Source: Candidatus Altimarinota bacterium | GTDB lineage: Bacteria; Patescibacteriota; Gracilibacteria; 1-14-2-50-48-13 | Direction: 5' to 3' | Assembly (NCBI GenBank): GCA_046314355.1 | Contig: JBKBWQ010000001.1 | Coordinates: 1,024,001-1,088,000, forward strand | DNA: 64,000 nt | In this document: one piece after another, positions 41,723 through 50,233 of the stretch | How the letters are laid out: each line of letters begins with the position of its first letter | How positions within the stretch are numbered: the stretch's first letter is position 1 | Program-made: the position numbers and the translations under genes | The notes under the pieces: model-generated | Database searches by the model: none | What the model saw: the letters and a program-made list of their open reading frames with translations, nothing else | What the model was told of the DNA's origin: nothing

Positions 41723-41751
41723 ATAATACCGTCTAAGATGTATATCATCAA
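41723..41751 (-). promoter_or_regulatory. promoter driving the structured leader and membrane genes
   Basis: Minus strand TTGATG-N17-TATTAT. Confidence 0.55.
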
Positions 41752-41834
41752 GTCTAATATCAGAGTTGTTTTTTTACGGGGCTATACTAGTATCTATAAA
41801 GAAGTCACCGGCATGATTTTTAACGCCACTGAAT

Positions 41835-42191
41835 ATGTGTATTGCTCTAAAGAAAGATGATACGAAATGCAAAGGTAGCTCAATGCTGGGATCGGAATAT
41901 TGTTTCTTCCACAATCCGGATATTAGTAAGAAGGAAAGAAAGCAAGCTCAAGCCAAAGGAGGTAGAAATAGACGAAGTAAAGTAACATCGCCTCTGAAAC
42001 CTATGTCACTACATTCCTCAAAGGATGTAGCTCACCTACTCTCAGATACCATTAATCAAGTGCGAATAGGACAAATGGATGTCAAAGTGGCAAATTGCCT
42101 GGGAATATTAAGCAATCATCTTCTGAGAGCCTTCGAAGGAGTAGAGTTAGAAAGAAGAGTTCAAGCGTTGGAGAATTTACATACTTCATAA
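41835..42191 (+). CDS. small protein with C-x10-C-x10-C-x2-H zinc knuckle and helical C-terminus
   Basis: CIALKKDDTKC..YCFFH, KGG motif, ELERRVQALE; pattern common in phage/satellite small proteins. Confidence 0.65.
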   Translation: MCIALKKDDTKCKGSSMLGSEYCFFHNPDISKKERKQAQAKGGRNRRSKVTSPLKPMSLHSSKDVAHLLSDTINQVRIGQMDVKVANCLGILSNHLLRAFEGVELERRVQALENLHTS

Positions 42192-42196
42192 TCACT

Positions 42197-42412
42197 ATGT
42201 CTACAATCAGCACTCGTATTAAAAAACTTGAAAAAATAGTGGCAGACCAGTCCAAGAATAGGGTAGAAATCATCGAATATTACGCCTATAAGGTGCCTAT
42301 ATATTATGTTCACAAGAATATAGCTTACTCTTCTCTTGAAGAGTGTAGAGAGCAAAATAAAGCTGTTCTTCAGGGAGCCTCAGAGATCCTACTTATTAAT
42401 TTTGCCGATTAA
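42197..42412 (+). CDS. hypothetical protein
   Basis: 71-aa ORF MSTISTRIKKLEK in a tightly packed operon. Confidence 0.55.
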   Translation: MSTISTRIKKLEKIVADQSKNRVEIIEYYAYKVPIYYVHKNIAYSSLEECREQNKAVLQGASEILLINFAD

Positions 42413-42415
42413 AGT

Positions 42416-43456
42416 ATGAGTACCCCCACACCCCCATTACTAAGTAAGCCTCTGCATTATTATGAAGCAGAACACAAGACACTCATGGTTGCTTGGCATT
42501 TATTGAGAAATGGTATCGAAGATGAGTTCTATCAAGAAAGTTTTGTTCATCTTGAAAATCATACCTTTATGAGTGCCTCAGATATTGCTGAAGCTATCAG
42601 TAATCTTACCTCATACGGAGGAATTGAAGAGTTCAAGTACCAACTTTTTCCTGTAGGAGATAGGCAAACTCATTACCCTGAGGAGCATCTGGACCATACA
42701 AAACTCTATGAGCTCATAACTAATGAAAAGAACCCACAGCTGAATATATGGGAATCCTTCATCAAGGTAGATCATATAACCTTGTATACTATCAAAATTA
42801 ATAAGGAAGGACTTATTAATTATATGGAGCGTTATGTAGACCTATGGAGAGCAAATCGTTATAGGATCCATGGCAAGAATACTCTTTCTGCTGATATCCA
42901 ATTACGTTCTGTCTTAAAAGACATCTTTGTATATATAGACAGAAATAAGGCACAATACTATTTACCCATTGATGAAGAGATGCTCATTGATACCTTTGCG
43001 GTCCTTATTTTTCTTGAATATGAAGGAGCTATCACTATTCATACACTCCTCCAGAATCCTCAAGGAAAGCTCACAGCGCATATATCACGACGAGGGAATT
43101 TTTCTAAAAAAACATCTATTCACAATGGAAAAATCTACCATGGCTTTTCCATAGATACTCCAGGGCAAGAAAAAATACGTCTAACTTCACCATATAGGCT
43201 AATATATAAGGGCATTATTCGTTCACTTTTTAAGGATAAGCGCAGTACAGCACTAATTCACAATACGCTATCTAACGAATTATTCAGTATAGACATAGAA
43301 ACATTTATTAAATTATCAGGAGAGAATCCTTTAAATCTACGCAAGGATATTGATAAGTTTCAACATGACGTTAGAGAAAAGTTTAAAATCGCCGAACCAC
43401 TGATAAAAGTATCTCAAACTAACATTACCCTGAATAATAAATACTGGGGGTTTTAA
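42416..43456 (+). CDS. hypothetical protein
   Basis: 346-aa ORF, no clear motif. Confidence 0.65.
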   Translation: MSTPTPPLLSKPLHYYEAEHKTLMVAWHLLRNGIEDEFYQESFVHLENHTFMSASDIAEAISNLTSYGGIEEFKYQLFPVGDRQTHYPEEHLDHTKLYELITNEKNPQLNIWESFIKVDHITLYTIKINKEGLINYMERYVDLWRANRYRIHGKNTLSADIQLRSVLKDIFVYIDRNKAQYYLPIDEEMLIDTFAVLIFLEYEGAITIHTLLQNPQGKLTAHISRRGNFSKKTSIHNGKIYHGFSIDTPGQEKIRLTSPYRLIYKGIIRSLFKDKRSTALIHNTLSNELFSIDIETFIKLSGENPLNLRKDIDKFQHDVREKFKIAEPLIKVSQTNITLNNKYWGF

Positions 43457-43529
43457 AAAGGGGATATATTAGGGGATATTTAGTTTTTTTGAATGGAGTA
43501 TATTCCGCACAAGAAATAATATCACCTCT

Positions 43530-44570
43530 ATGAAACTGAATACTCTTATACAGCTTTTCCCTCAAGATGAGTGGGATAAATACCATGTAATGGTCACTCA
43601 GGGACAAACTCCTCTTTGGAAATACTGGGAAGAGTATGTTACGAGACAACTAGACTTGGGAGGTTCTATGCAAACACTTCAGAACGTCCGCAGTACAATG
43701 CAATTTATTGTAAGACACATGAATATATATAGCATTGAAGAATGTAATAATCAAAATACATTTGAAGATCGATTAATTGATGTGAAGAAGGAAAGAAGAC
43801 ACTCAGGAAGTACTACTAATACAATCTTGAAAAATATAAAAACATACTTTATATGGTTACGCAGAAGAGAATACATACTTGAAAATAAATTGGATTTAGT
43901 CCAGAAGTCTAAAACTGTGAAAAATGCACAAGTAGCCTTCTCAAAAGAACAAGTATTGTATATTCAAGAAGCGATATTGAATCAAACGCATACACCTTTA
44001 ATAACAATGCGTAATTTCCTATTTATAAAACTTCTTGCTCTAACAGGTGCACGCCCAAGTGAACTCCTTAACCTGAAAGCTTCATCACTAGAGAAAACGT
44101 CTATAGGAGATTACGTCTTAAAAATCACTGGAGTAAAACAGATTACAAAACCAAGAGTATATCATATCAAAGATCTTATCTTTGCCCAAATATTTGAAAG
44201 CTATATGAGTCATCGTGCCAAAATAGGTCGTAGTGATGAGGCATTATTTATATCGTCCTCTATGAAAGGACCGTGGACATATCAAGGATTACGAAAACTC
44301 TTTGCTAGTATTGCAAAAAAAGTAGGTTTTCAGGTGACTGCTTACGGTTTCAGAAGATATGTGGCAACAAATCTTCATACCCAAAGACTTCCAATTGAAA
44401 AAATTGCTCAGCACCTAGGACACACTCGTTTATCTACTACGATGCTGTATATCCAAAATAGTACTGAGCATACTTTAGAAGCAATGACTATGTTAGAATC
44501 GAATTTAATGAGTGCATCTCCACTGACTTTGCCATCTGCATATTCGAACAAGAAAGATAAATGGTTGTAG
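43530..44570 (+). CDS. tyrosine recombinase/integrase (variant YxxR)
   Basis: TGARPSE, YGFRR, LGH, TTMLY. Confidence 0.88.
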   Translation: MKLNTLIQLFPQDEWDKYHVMVTQGQTPLWKYWEEYVTRQLDLGGSMQTLQNVRSTMQFIVRHMNIYSIEECNNQNTFEDRLIDVKKERRHSGSTTNTILKNIKTYFIWLRRREYILENKLDLVQKSKTVKNAQVAFSKEQVLYIQEAILNQTHTPLITMRNFLFIKLLALTGARPSELLNLKASSLEKTSIGDYVLKITGVKQITKPRVYHIKDLIFAQIFESYMSHRAKIGRSDEALFISSSMKGPWTYQGLRKLFASIAKKVGFQVTAYGFRRYVATNLHTQRLPIEKIAQHLGHTRLSTTMLYIQNSTEHTLEAMTMLESNLMSASPLTLPSAYSNKKDKWL

Positions 44571-45402
44571 TAGTGATCCTCGCATGCCCCATAAGTTTTG
44601 AAAGAGTATAAATATCACATCCTCCTTCCAGCATAAGTCTGGCAAAAGCATGGCGTAGTGTGTGAGCTGAGAAAGGTATCTTCAATCGTTCACGAATAAC
44701 TTTAATGTTATTTGTAATCGCTCTTTTCGTTATTCCTAGGTCTTTCTGTACCGCTGTAAAAAAGAAAATGGAACTCTTCTTCAGACGATTCCTGTCCTTT
44801 AGATATTCTTCTAGAATGCTACATAGCTTCATATTCATAGGTATCATTCGATCCTTTGATCCCTTCCCCTGATGAATAAAGATAGTTCTGCTTTCAAATG
44901 ATACATCATGCAGCTTCAAGTGAACCACTTCAGAGATTCGGAGACCTGCTAAAAGCATCAATGCAAGCATCGCCCTGTTCCTGAATTTCTCAAACTTATA
45001 CGGGTACTTCATATGATAAGACATATCAAGAATAAGTGTACTCTCCTCCTTCGTAAGAGTCTTTGGCAACCTCTGTTCCATCTTTGGGAGCTCTATATCC
45101 GCAAGGATATTTTTCTCTACGATACTCTCTTTCACTAGCCACTTAAAAAAGGCATTAAATCGCTTGTGGTAGTGTCGGAAGGTTGCGGAGGTCCATTTAC
45201 GCTCTAGTCGTCCATGAAAGAACCATGCCTCAAATAAAGGCTTTGTAAGTTCTTCAAGATAAACTACCTTTGTTGAGCTCACAAAGTAGCGAAAGATTTC
45301 TCTGTAGCTTTTAATTGTTTCAGGTGCATAATTCCGAATACATACGCAATACTGCAAGTAGCGCTCAAGCAGGTTTTTAAGATCTGTTTTTTGTCCGTAC
45401 AT
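44488..45402 (-). CDS. tyrosine recombinase/integrase (XerC/D-like)
   Basis: AGLRISE, GKGSKDR, HTLRH, LMGH, TTTIY; ATG at 45402. Confidence 0.93.
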   Translation of the reverse strand: MYGQKTDLKNLLERYLQYCVCIRNYAPETIKSYREIFRYFVSSTKVVYLEELTKPLFEAWFFHGRLERKWTSATFRHYHKRFNAFFKWLVKESIVEKNILADIELPKMEQRLPKTLTKEESTLILDMSYHMKYPYKFEKFRNRAMLALMLLAGLRISEVVHLKLHDVSFESRTIFIHQGKGSKDRMIPMNMKLCSILEEYLKDRNRLKKSSIFFFTAVQKDLGITKRAITNNIKVIRERLKIPFSAHTLRHAFARLMLEGGCDIYTLSKLMGHARITTTTIYLSCSNMQMAKSVEMHSLNSILT

Positions 45403-45445
45403 TAAAAAGAAGAGAAGAAATATAATCTTCACTCTTGAATAGACC

Positions 45446-45520
45446 TGGAGCCACCGGAGGGACTTGAACCCTCGACCTACCCCTTACCATGGGGTTGCTC
45501 TACCACTGAGCTACGACGGC
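45446..45520 (-). tRNA. tRNA-Thr(GGT), complete, inside the element
   Basis: GCCGTCG-TA-GCTC AGTGGTA GAGC-A-ACCCC ATGGTAA GGGGT-AGGTC-GAGGG TTCAAGT CCCTC-CGGTGGC-T-CCA. Confidence 0.95.
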
Positions 45521-45552
45521 ATTTGATGCTTTCATGACTACTTACACAGGAG

Positions 45553-45581
45553 AGGATACTCTGGACTTAGTAAAAAGTCTA
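45553..45581 (-). promoter_or_regulatory. element-internal promoter for the replacement tRNA (and downstream integrase)
   Basis: Minus strand TAGACT-N17-TATCCT. Confidence 0.55.
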
Positions 45582-45631
45582 TGTTATCCTTTACCGCTAG
45601 CCATTATCCGAGAAATCAGCAGAGGACCACA

Positions 45632-45671
45632 TCCTTACCAAGGACGCGCTCTACCACTGAGCTATGACGGC
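45632..45671 (-). pseudogene. 5' half of host tRNA-Thr(GGT) (att junction)
   Basis: GCCGTCATAGCTCAGTGGTAGAGCGCGTCCTTGGTAAGGA; its stems pair with the 3' half at 36988-37033. Confidence 0.9.
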
Positions 45672-45751
45672 AGACTATTTATAACAAAGTTATGAGCCAT
45701 ACACTTTGCCAAAATTACAAAGCAATTATACATGAATATATCCTTACTCTT

Positions 45752-46093
45752 CTATACAATTTTCCAAGAATGTAGTAGTTTTTCCCAGTATTTGACTATT
45801 ATCTCTCTATCTTGTTCAGGCAGCAGGCGAAAATCTTCCACTTCTTCAGGATGGATTTCCACTACAAGCGGGATGCGTCCCCAGTCACTTGCACTACTAG
45901 TCCATATAAAATCAGATGGAATAACACGATCTACAAGCAGAACTTCATAATTTTCTTCTAATAAAATTTTATGAGGATGGAATTCTTTAATGAATACTTC
46001 ATCTACCTCCTCATCAGTAGGAAGCCATACAGTATCGTAATCTCTGAAAGCAAAGATCGAAGGATCTGACATATCAATAAGAATATATTTCAT
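45752..46093 (-). CDS. hypothetical protein
   Basis: 113-aa acidic ORF overlapping the upstream stop (ATGA). Confidence 0.6.
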   Translation of the reverse strand: MKYILIDMSDPSIFAFRDYDTVWLPTDEEVDEVFIKEFHPHKILLEENYEVLLVDRVIPSDFIWTSSASDWGRIPLVVEIHPEEVEDFRLLPEQDREIIVKYWEKLLHSWKIV

Positions 46094-46635
46094 ACATTTT
46101 TTCGTAAAAATATTTTTAATTTCTCTAAAGCAAGTCGCTTCATAGAATACTTTCCCTTTTCCTCCAGGTCCATTTCTGCCCAGGTTTTATCAGCACCTTT
46201 AGGTATAAATATCGCATCCCAGCCAAATTCAGGAATACCTCTAGGTTCTTCTGCGATACGTCCCTGTCTCTCACCAATAAAAATTTCAAGTCTCTCTCCA
46301 TCATACAAACCAAAAATAGTCTGAGCTACTGCAGAGCGGTCATCAAAACTATGCAAAATCTTGCATAATCCGTCATTTCCCAAGTCCTGAAGGAATAACT
46401 TAATACTTGGACCTGGAAGTCTTCCTAATGCCTTAAATCGTAACCAGACGTCTTCTACAAGCACAGGAGACTGTACCTTCTCATAAGCCTGTTTTGCCTT
46501 ATAAAGAATACTCTCTTCAATAGACCAGGATTGTAACTCTTGAAGATCCATTTTGTAATGAGAGACTGGTATATCCAAAAATCTACTCAGAGTTTCTGCT
46601 TTTTTCTGATTGCCTGTAACGTAGGTGATATTCAT
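46090..46635 (-). CDS. non-canonical purine NTP pyrophosphatase (Ham1/ITPase family)
   Basis: YVTGNQKK, ELQ, VED, LPGP, FGWDAIF. Confidence 0.92.
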   Translation of the reverse strand: MNITYVTGNQKKAETLSRFLDIPVSHYKMDLQELQSWSIEESILYKAKQAYEKVQSPVLVEDVWLRFKALGRLPGPSIKLFLQDLGNDGLCKILHSFDDRSAVAQTIFGLYDGERLEIFIGERQGRIAEEPRGIPEFGWDAIFIPKGADKTWAEMDLEEKGKYSMKRLALEKLKIFLRKNV

Positions 46636-46767
46636 AGATATGATAATTTGAAATTACTTTAAGCTGTATTTATTTAAATAACAATTTTTACATATAAAAT
46701 TTACTCTAAATCTTTGCTATATGATATAATTTTATAAGATTTATTCCCATTATTCTGACCAATTATA

Positions 46768-47940
46768 ATGAATTTTAACAATGCTGATGGTGACAAAGAA
46801 GATTTTTTAAAGAGCAAAAATATCCTAACTAATGAAAATTTAAACTCATCTAATCAACCAATAGATTTAACAATAGAAACTTTATCTAAATTATCAGATA
46901 TAGAACTTTCAAAGTTCTATTCAAATAATATGATCGTAGATCTTTTTAAGCATAATAATGCATTAGAAAATGATACAATGAAAGGAATAGATAGTACTTA
47001 TGTACTTGAAGAAGATATAAAATTACTTATTGAAAATGCTTATCATATATTTTTATACAATACGGAAAGTCTGGTAAGAACTTCTTTGCCGATCATAAAG
47101 CTGCATATACAAAATAATGAAAGTCGCGATCTCATATTTAGTGAACTAGAAATGCTTTATTACAATTTAAGTACAAGCTTATCTAATGTTTATAGTTTAT
47201 TTACAACTTTAAAAAATAGAGGAGTCATAAAAACGGAAGCTAGTGTAGGGGAAATGAATGGATATGATGATAAAATAAGAGAACACCTTAAACTTATTAA
47301 AAACAATGTAACCTTCATTGGAGAAGGATACTTACCAGGTTTATGGAAAAAATTACCATCTGAGATTGAAAAAGAGATTAGTGAAAAAGATCACGCAACC
47401 GTCACTGAATTGAAAAATCCAAAAAACCTAAGAATCGATAGCATATGGGGATTAGAAAAAAACTTCCCGAATCCATCTAAAAAAATTTTTGAGAAAGTTT
47501 TGTCATTTCGGGAAATTTCAAATGAGCAAAAGCAAGAATTAGTACTCCAGCTTATAAAGCAAAAAGAGAATGATACTTTGATAAGTGAAAACGATAAGGA
47601 TTTGGTATACTCTACTATTGAAAAAATTATCAATACACATGAAATACTCCCCTCAGAGGTAGATATAAATATTCGTCAAAGTGATGATGAATACTTCATT
47701 TTTTATCTGCATACGGGAGAATCACCCGATGAACTTTATGTTTTACAAAAAAATGGTATCTTCGAAAAAAATGATAGCTTTGATAATCAAAAGGGACAAC
47801 ATGGAAGAAGCAGCTGGAGTGAATCATGGACACATAAGGGAGAATATTTCAGTATGTCCGGTGATACTTCTCATGGCAATAAACCAAATCCTAATTACGC
47901 AAAAATTAAACCTTTAAGTAAATTCACCTTAAAAAATTAA
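46768..47940 (+). CDS. hypothetical protein
   Basis: 390-aa AT-rich ORF, no motif. Confidence 0.6.
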   Translation: MNFNNADGDKEDFLKSKNILTNENLNSSNQPIDLTIETLSKLSDIELSKFYSNNMIVDLFKHNNALENDTMKGIDSTYVLEEDIKLLIENAYHIFLYNTESLVRTSLPIIKLHIQNNESRDLIFSELEMLYYNLSTSLSNVYSLFTTLKNRGVIKTEASVGEMNGYDDKIREHLKLIKNNVTFIGEGYLPGLWKKLPSEIEKEISEKDHATVTELKNPKNLRIDSIWGLEKNFPNPSKKIFEKVLSFREISNEQKQELVLQLIKQKENDTLISENDKDLVYSTIEKIINTHEILPSEVDINIRQSDDEYFIFYLHTGESPDELYVLQKNGIFEKNDSFDNQKGQHGRSSWSESWTHKGEYFSMSGDTSHGNKPNPNYAKIKPLSKFTLKN

Positions 47941-47952
47941 CTCTCAAGTAAT

Positions 47953-47982
47953 AAAAAAGAGCTCATTTCTGAGCTCTTTTTT
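47953..47982. terminator. bidirectional intrinsic terminator
   Basis: aaaaaagagctca-tttc-tgagctctttttt between convergent genes. Confidence 0.85.
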
Positions 47983-47983
47983 A

Positions 47984-50209
47984 TTACTCCTCATTCACTT
48001 CTTCACTCTCTCCACAACTATCACACTTCACCATACCTTTCTTCTGCCATAGAGTCATACCTCCGCACTTTGTGCAAGGCTTCTCATAAGGCTTATTCCA
48101 TACTGCTTTCTTACAATCAGGATATCTTGAGCATGAGTAGAATAATTTACCTCGTTTGCTTTTTCTCTCCACCATATCTCCCTCCTTACATTCAGGACAT
48201 TTTACACCCGTTGCATTGACGATCGGTGCCGTAAAAGAACAGTCGGGATAATTGGAACATGCAAGGAACTCACCAAAGCGACCTTTCTTGACTATCAATG
48301 GAGATTCGCATTTCTCACATTTTTTATCCGCAAACTTCTGCTCAAGTTCTTTCTTTCTATCTTCCTCTTCTTTCATCGGCTTAATATTCTTACATTCAGG
48401 GTAATTGGAACATGCCATAAATTTTCCAAATCTTCCAAATTTTATAACCATATCATGTTCACATTTGTCACATTTTTCTCCTGTTTTTTCTTCAACTTTC
48501 TGTACTTCCTTTGTCTTTTCTTCCAAAGTCTTTGCAAAAGGCTTATAGAAGTCGTCTATAATAGTCTGCCATTTTACTTCTCCTTCAGAGATACGGTCAA
48601 AGTCTTCTTCAAGTTTTGCAGTAAACTTATAATCCACCTCCTGAGCAAAGTGCTCTACAAGAAGATCATTTACTACAAAGGCTATATCCGTTGGCCAAAG
48701 ATGTTTTTCTTTCTTTTCTACATAACCCTTATCAATAATCGTAGAGATTGTCGGAGCATACGTACTCGGTCTACCGATGCCTTCAGATTCTAGTTTCTTA
48801 ACAAGTGTTGCCTCAGTGTATCGTGCAGGTGGTTTTGTAAAACTTTGAATAGTATCAAACTTGTTCTTTGTACAGATCTCACCCTTATTCATTTTTGGAA
48901 GCAACCCTTCCTCTTCGTCATCTGTATCAGTACCTTCTATATATAGCTTCATAAAACCTGCAAAAAGGATTGCTGTTCCTTTTGCGATAAAAGCATGCTT
49001 TGGATGTCCCTGCGGGTTGAGAGTCACCGTTGTGTTCTCAAGCTCAGCAAGAGCCATCTGAGTAGCAAGAGTACGCTTCCAGATAAGAGAGTAGAGCTTG
49101 TACTGCTGAGGTTCGAGAAAGTCTTTTAACTGCTCTGGTGTCATTGCCAAATTTGTAGGTCGGATAGCTTCATGCGCTTCCTGTGCTCCTTTTGCTTTTG
49201 TCTTATATTTTCGTGGAGCTGAAAGGGCATACTCTTTGCCGTATATTTCAGTGATTACTTCCTTTGCCTGTGTAAGTGCTGTTTCGGCAAGGTTCACACT
49301 ATCCGTTCTCATATACGTAATAAGACCTTGTACTCCTGAACCAATATCAATACCTTCGTAGAGCTGCTGGGCGAGACGCATAGTCTGCTTTACACCAAAT
49401 CCATGTTTTCGGGATGCTTCCTGCTGAAGAGTAGAAGTAGTAAATGGAGCAGCAGGTGTTCTGCTTGCTGCTTTTGTTTTAACGTCAGCAACCTCATATT
49501 CTCCAACACCTGATAATAAATCAGAAATTGCTTTTGCTTCTTCCGCATTTCCTACCTTGATTTTCTTTCCATTCACAGTTTCAAGTTTTGCCTTAAACAT
49601 GTGACCATCCTTTGAAGAGAGTTCCACAATGATATTCCAGAATTCTTCAGGAACAAAGGCAAGTACCTCTCTTTCTTTTTCTACTATAAATCGTACTGCC
49701 ACACTCTGTACACGTCCTGCAGAGAGTCCTTTTCGTACTTTTTTCCAAAGAAAAGGGGAGAGTTTATAACCTACAAGTCTATCCAAGATACGTCTTGCCT
49801 GCTGTGCATCTACAAGGTGATCATTCAGTTTTCTAGGAGTTTTAATAGCATGCATGATTGCATCCTTTGTAATCTCATGGAATACAATTCTCTCATAATT
49901 ATCCTTTGATATCTTCAAAGCACCCATGAGATGCCATGCAATAGCTTCTCCTTCGCGGTCCTCATCGGTTGCGAGCAGGACTGTGTCAGAGTTCTTCATA
50001 GCTTCTTTGAGCTCCTTTACGGTTTTACTCTTTTCCTTACTCACCACATATTCAGGTTCATAATTTTTATCTACATCTACTCCAAGATTTTTTTCAGGCA
50101 AATCCCGTATATGCCCCATGGAGGCTTTCACAATATAAGAACTACCTAAAAATCTACTAATAGTTTTAGCTTTTGTAGGAGACTCAACGATTACAAGTGT
50201 TTTCTTCAC
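47984..50209 (-). CDS. topA: DNA topoisomerase I
   Basis: IVESPTKAKTI, ATDEDREGE, SAGRVQS, ITYMRTD, C-terminal zinc ribbons. Confidence 0.98.
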   Translation of the reverse strand: MKKTLVIVESPTKAKTISRFLGSSYIVKASMGHIRDLPEKNLGVDVDKNYEPEYVVSKEKSKTVKELKEAMKNSDTVLLATDEDREGEAIAWHLMGALKISKDNYERIVFHEITKDAIMHAIKTPRKLNDHLVDAQQARRILDRLVGYKLSPFLWKKVRKGLSAGRVQSVAVRFIVEKEREVLAFVPEEFWNIIVELSSKDGHMFKAKLETVNGKKIKVGNAEEAKAISDLLSGVGEYEVADVKTKAASRTPAAPFTTSTLQQEASRKHGFGVKQTMRLAQQLYEGIDIGSGVQGLITYMRTDSVNLAETALTQAKEVITEIYGKEYALSAPRKYKTKAKGAQEAHEAIRPTNLAMTPEQLKDFLEPQQYKLYSLIWKRTLATQMALAELENTTVTLNPQGHPKHAFIAKGTAILFAGFMKLYIEGTDTDDEEEGLLPKMNKGEICTKNKFDTIQSFTKPPARYTEATLVKKLESEGIGRPSTYAPTISTIIDKGYVEKKEKHLWPTDIAFVVNDLLVEHFAQEVDYKFTAKLEEDFDRISEGEVKWQTIIDDFYKPFAKTLEEKTKEVQKVEEKTGEKCDKCEHDMVIKFGRFGKFMACSNYPECKNIKPMKEEEDRKKELEQKFADKKCEKCESPLIVKKGRFGEFLACSNYPDCSFTAPIVNATGVKCPECKEGDMVERKSKRGKLFYSCSRYPDCKKAVWNKPYEKPCTKCGGMTLWQKKGMVKCDSCGESEEVNEE

Positions 50210-50233
50210 GAGACAAAAATGTTATTAAAGTGT

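Larger units (their letters stand above)
37023..45642. mobile_element. ~8.6 kb integrative element (defence island/satellite-like) inserted in the tRNA-Thr(GGT) anticodon loop
   Basis: 11-bp direct repeat tccttaccaag at 37023-37033 and 45632-45642; joining the flanks rebuilds a perfect 75-nt tRNA; contains two tyrosine recombinases. Confidence 0.9.

Noticed and set aside
37034-45631. tRNA intron (group I) interpretation of the split tRNA-Thr
   Set aside because: The insert is 8.6 kb, is bounded by an 11-bp direct repeat and encodes integrases on both strands; this fits site-specific integration.
46090-46635. Trp at a usually small residue (EDVW) as a sign of recoding
   Set aside because: The codon is an ordinary TGG; a single substitution is not evidence of recoding.
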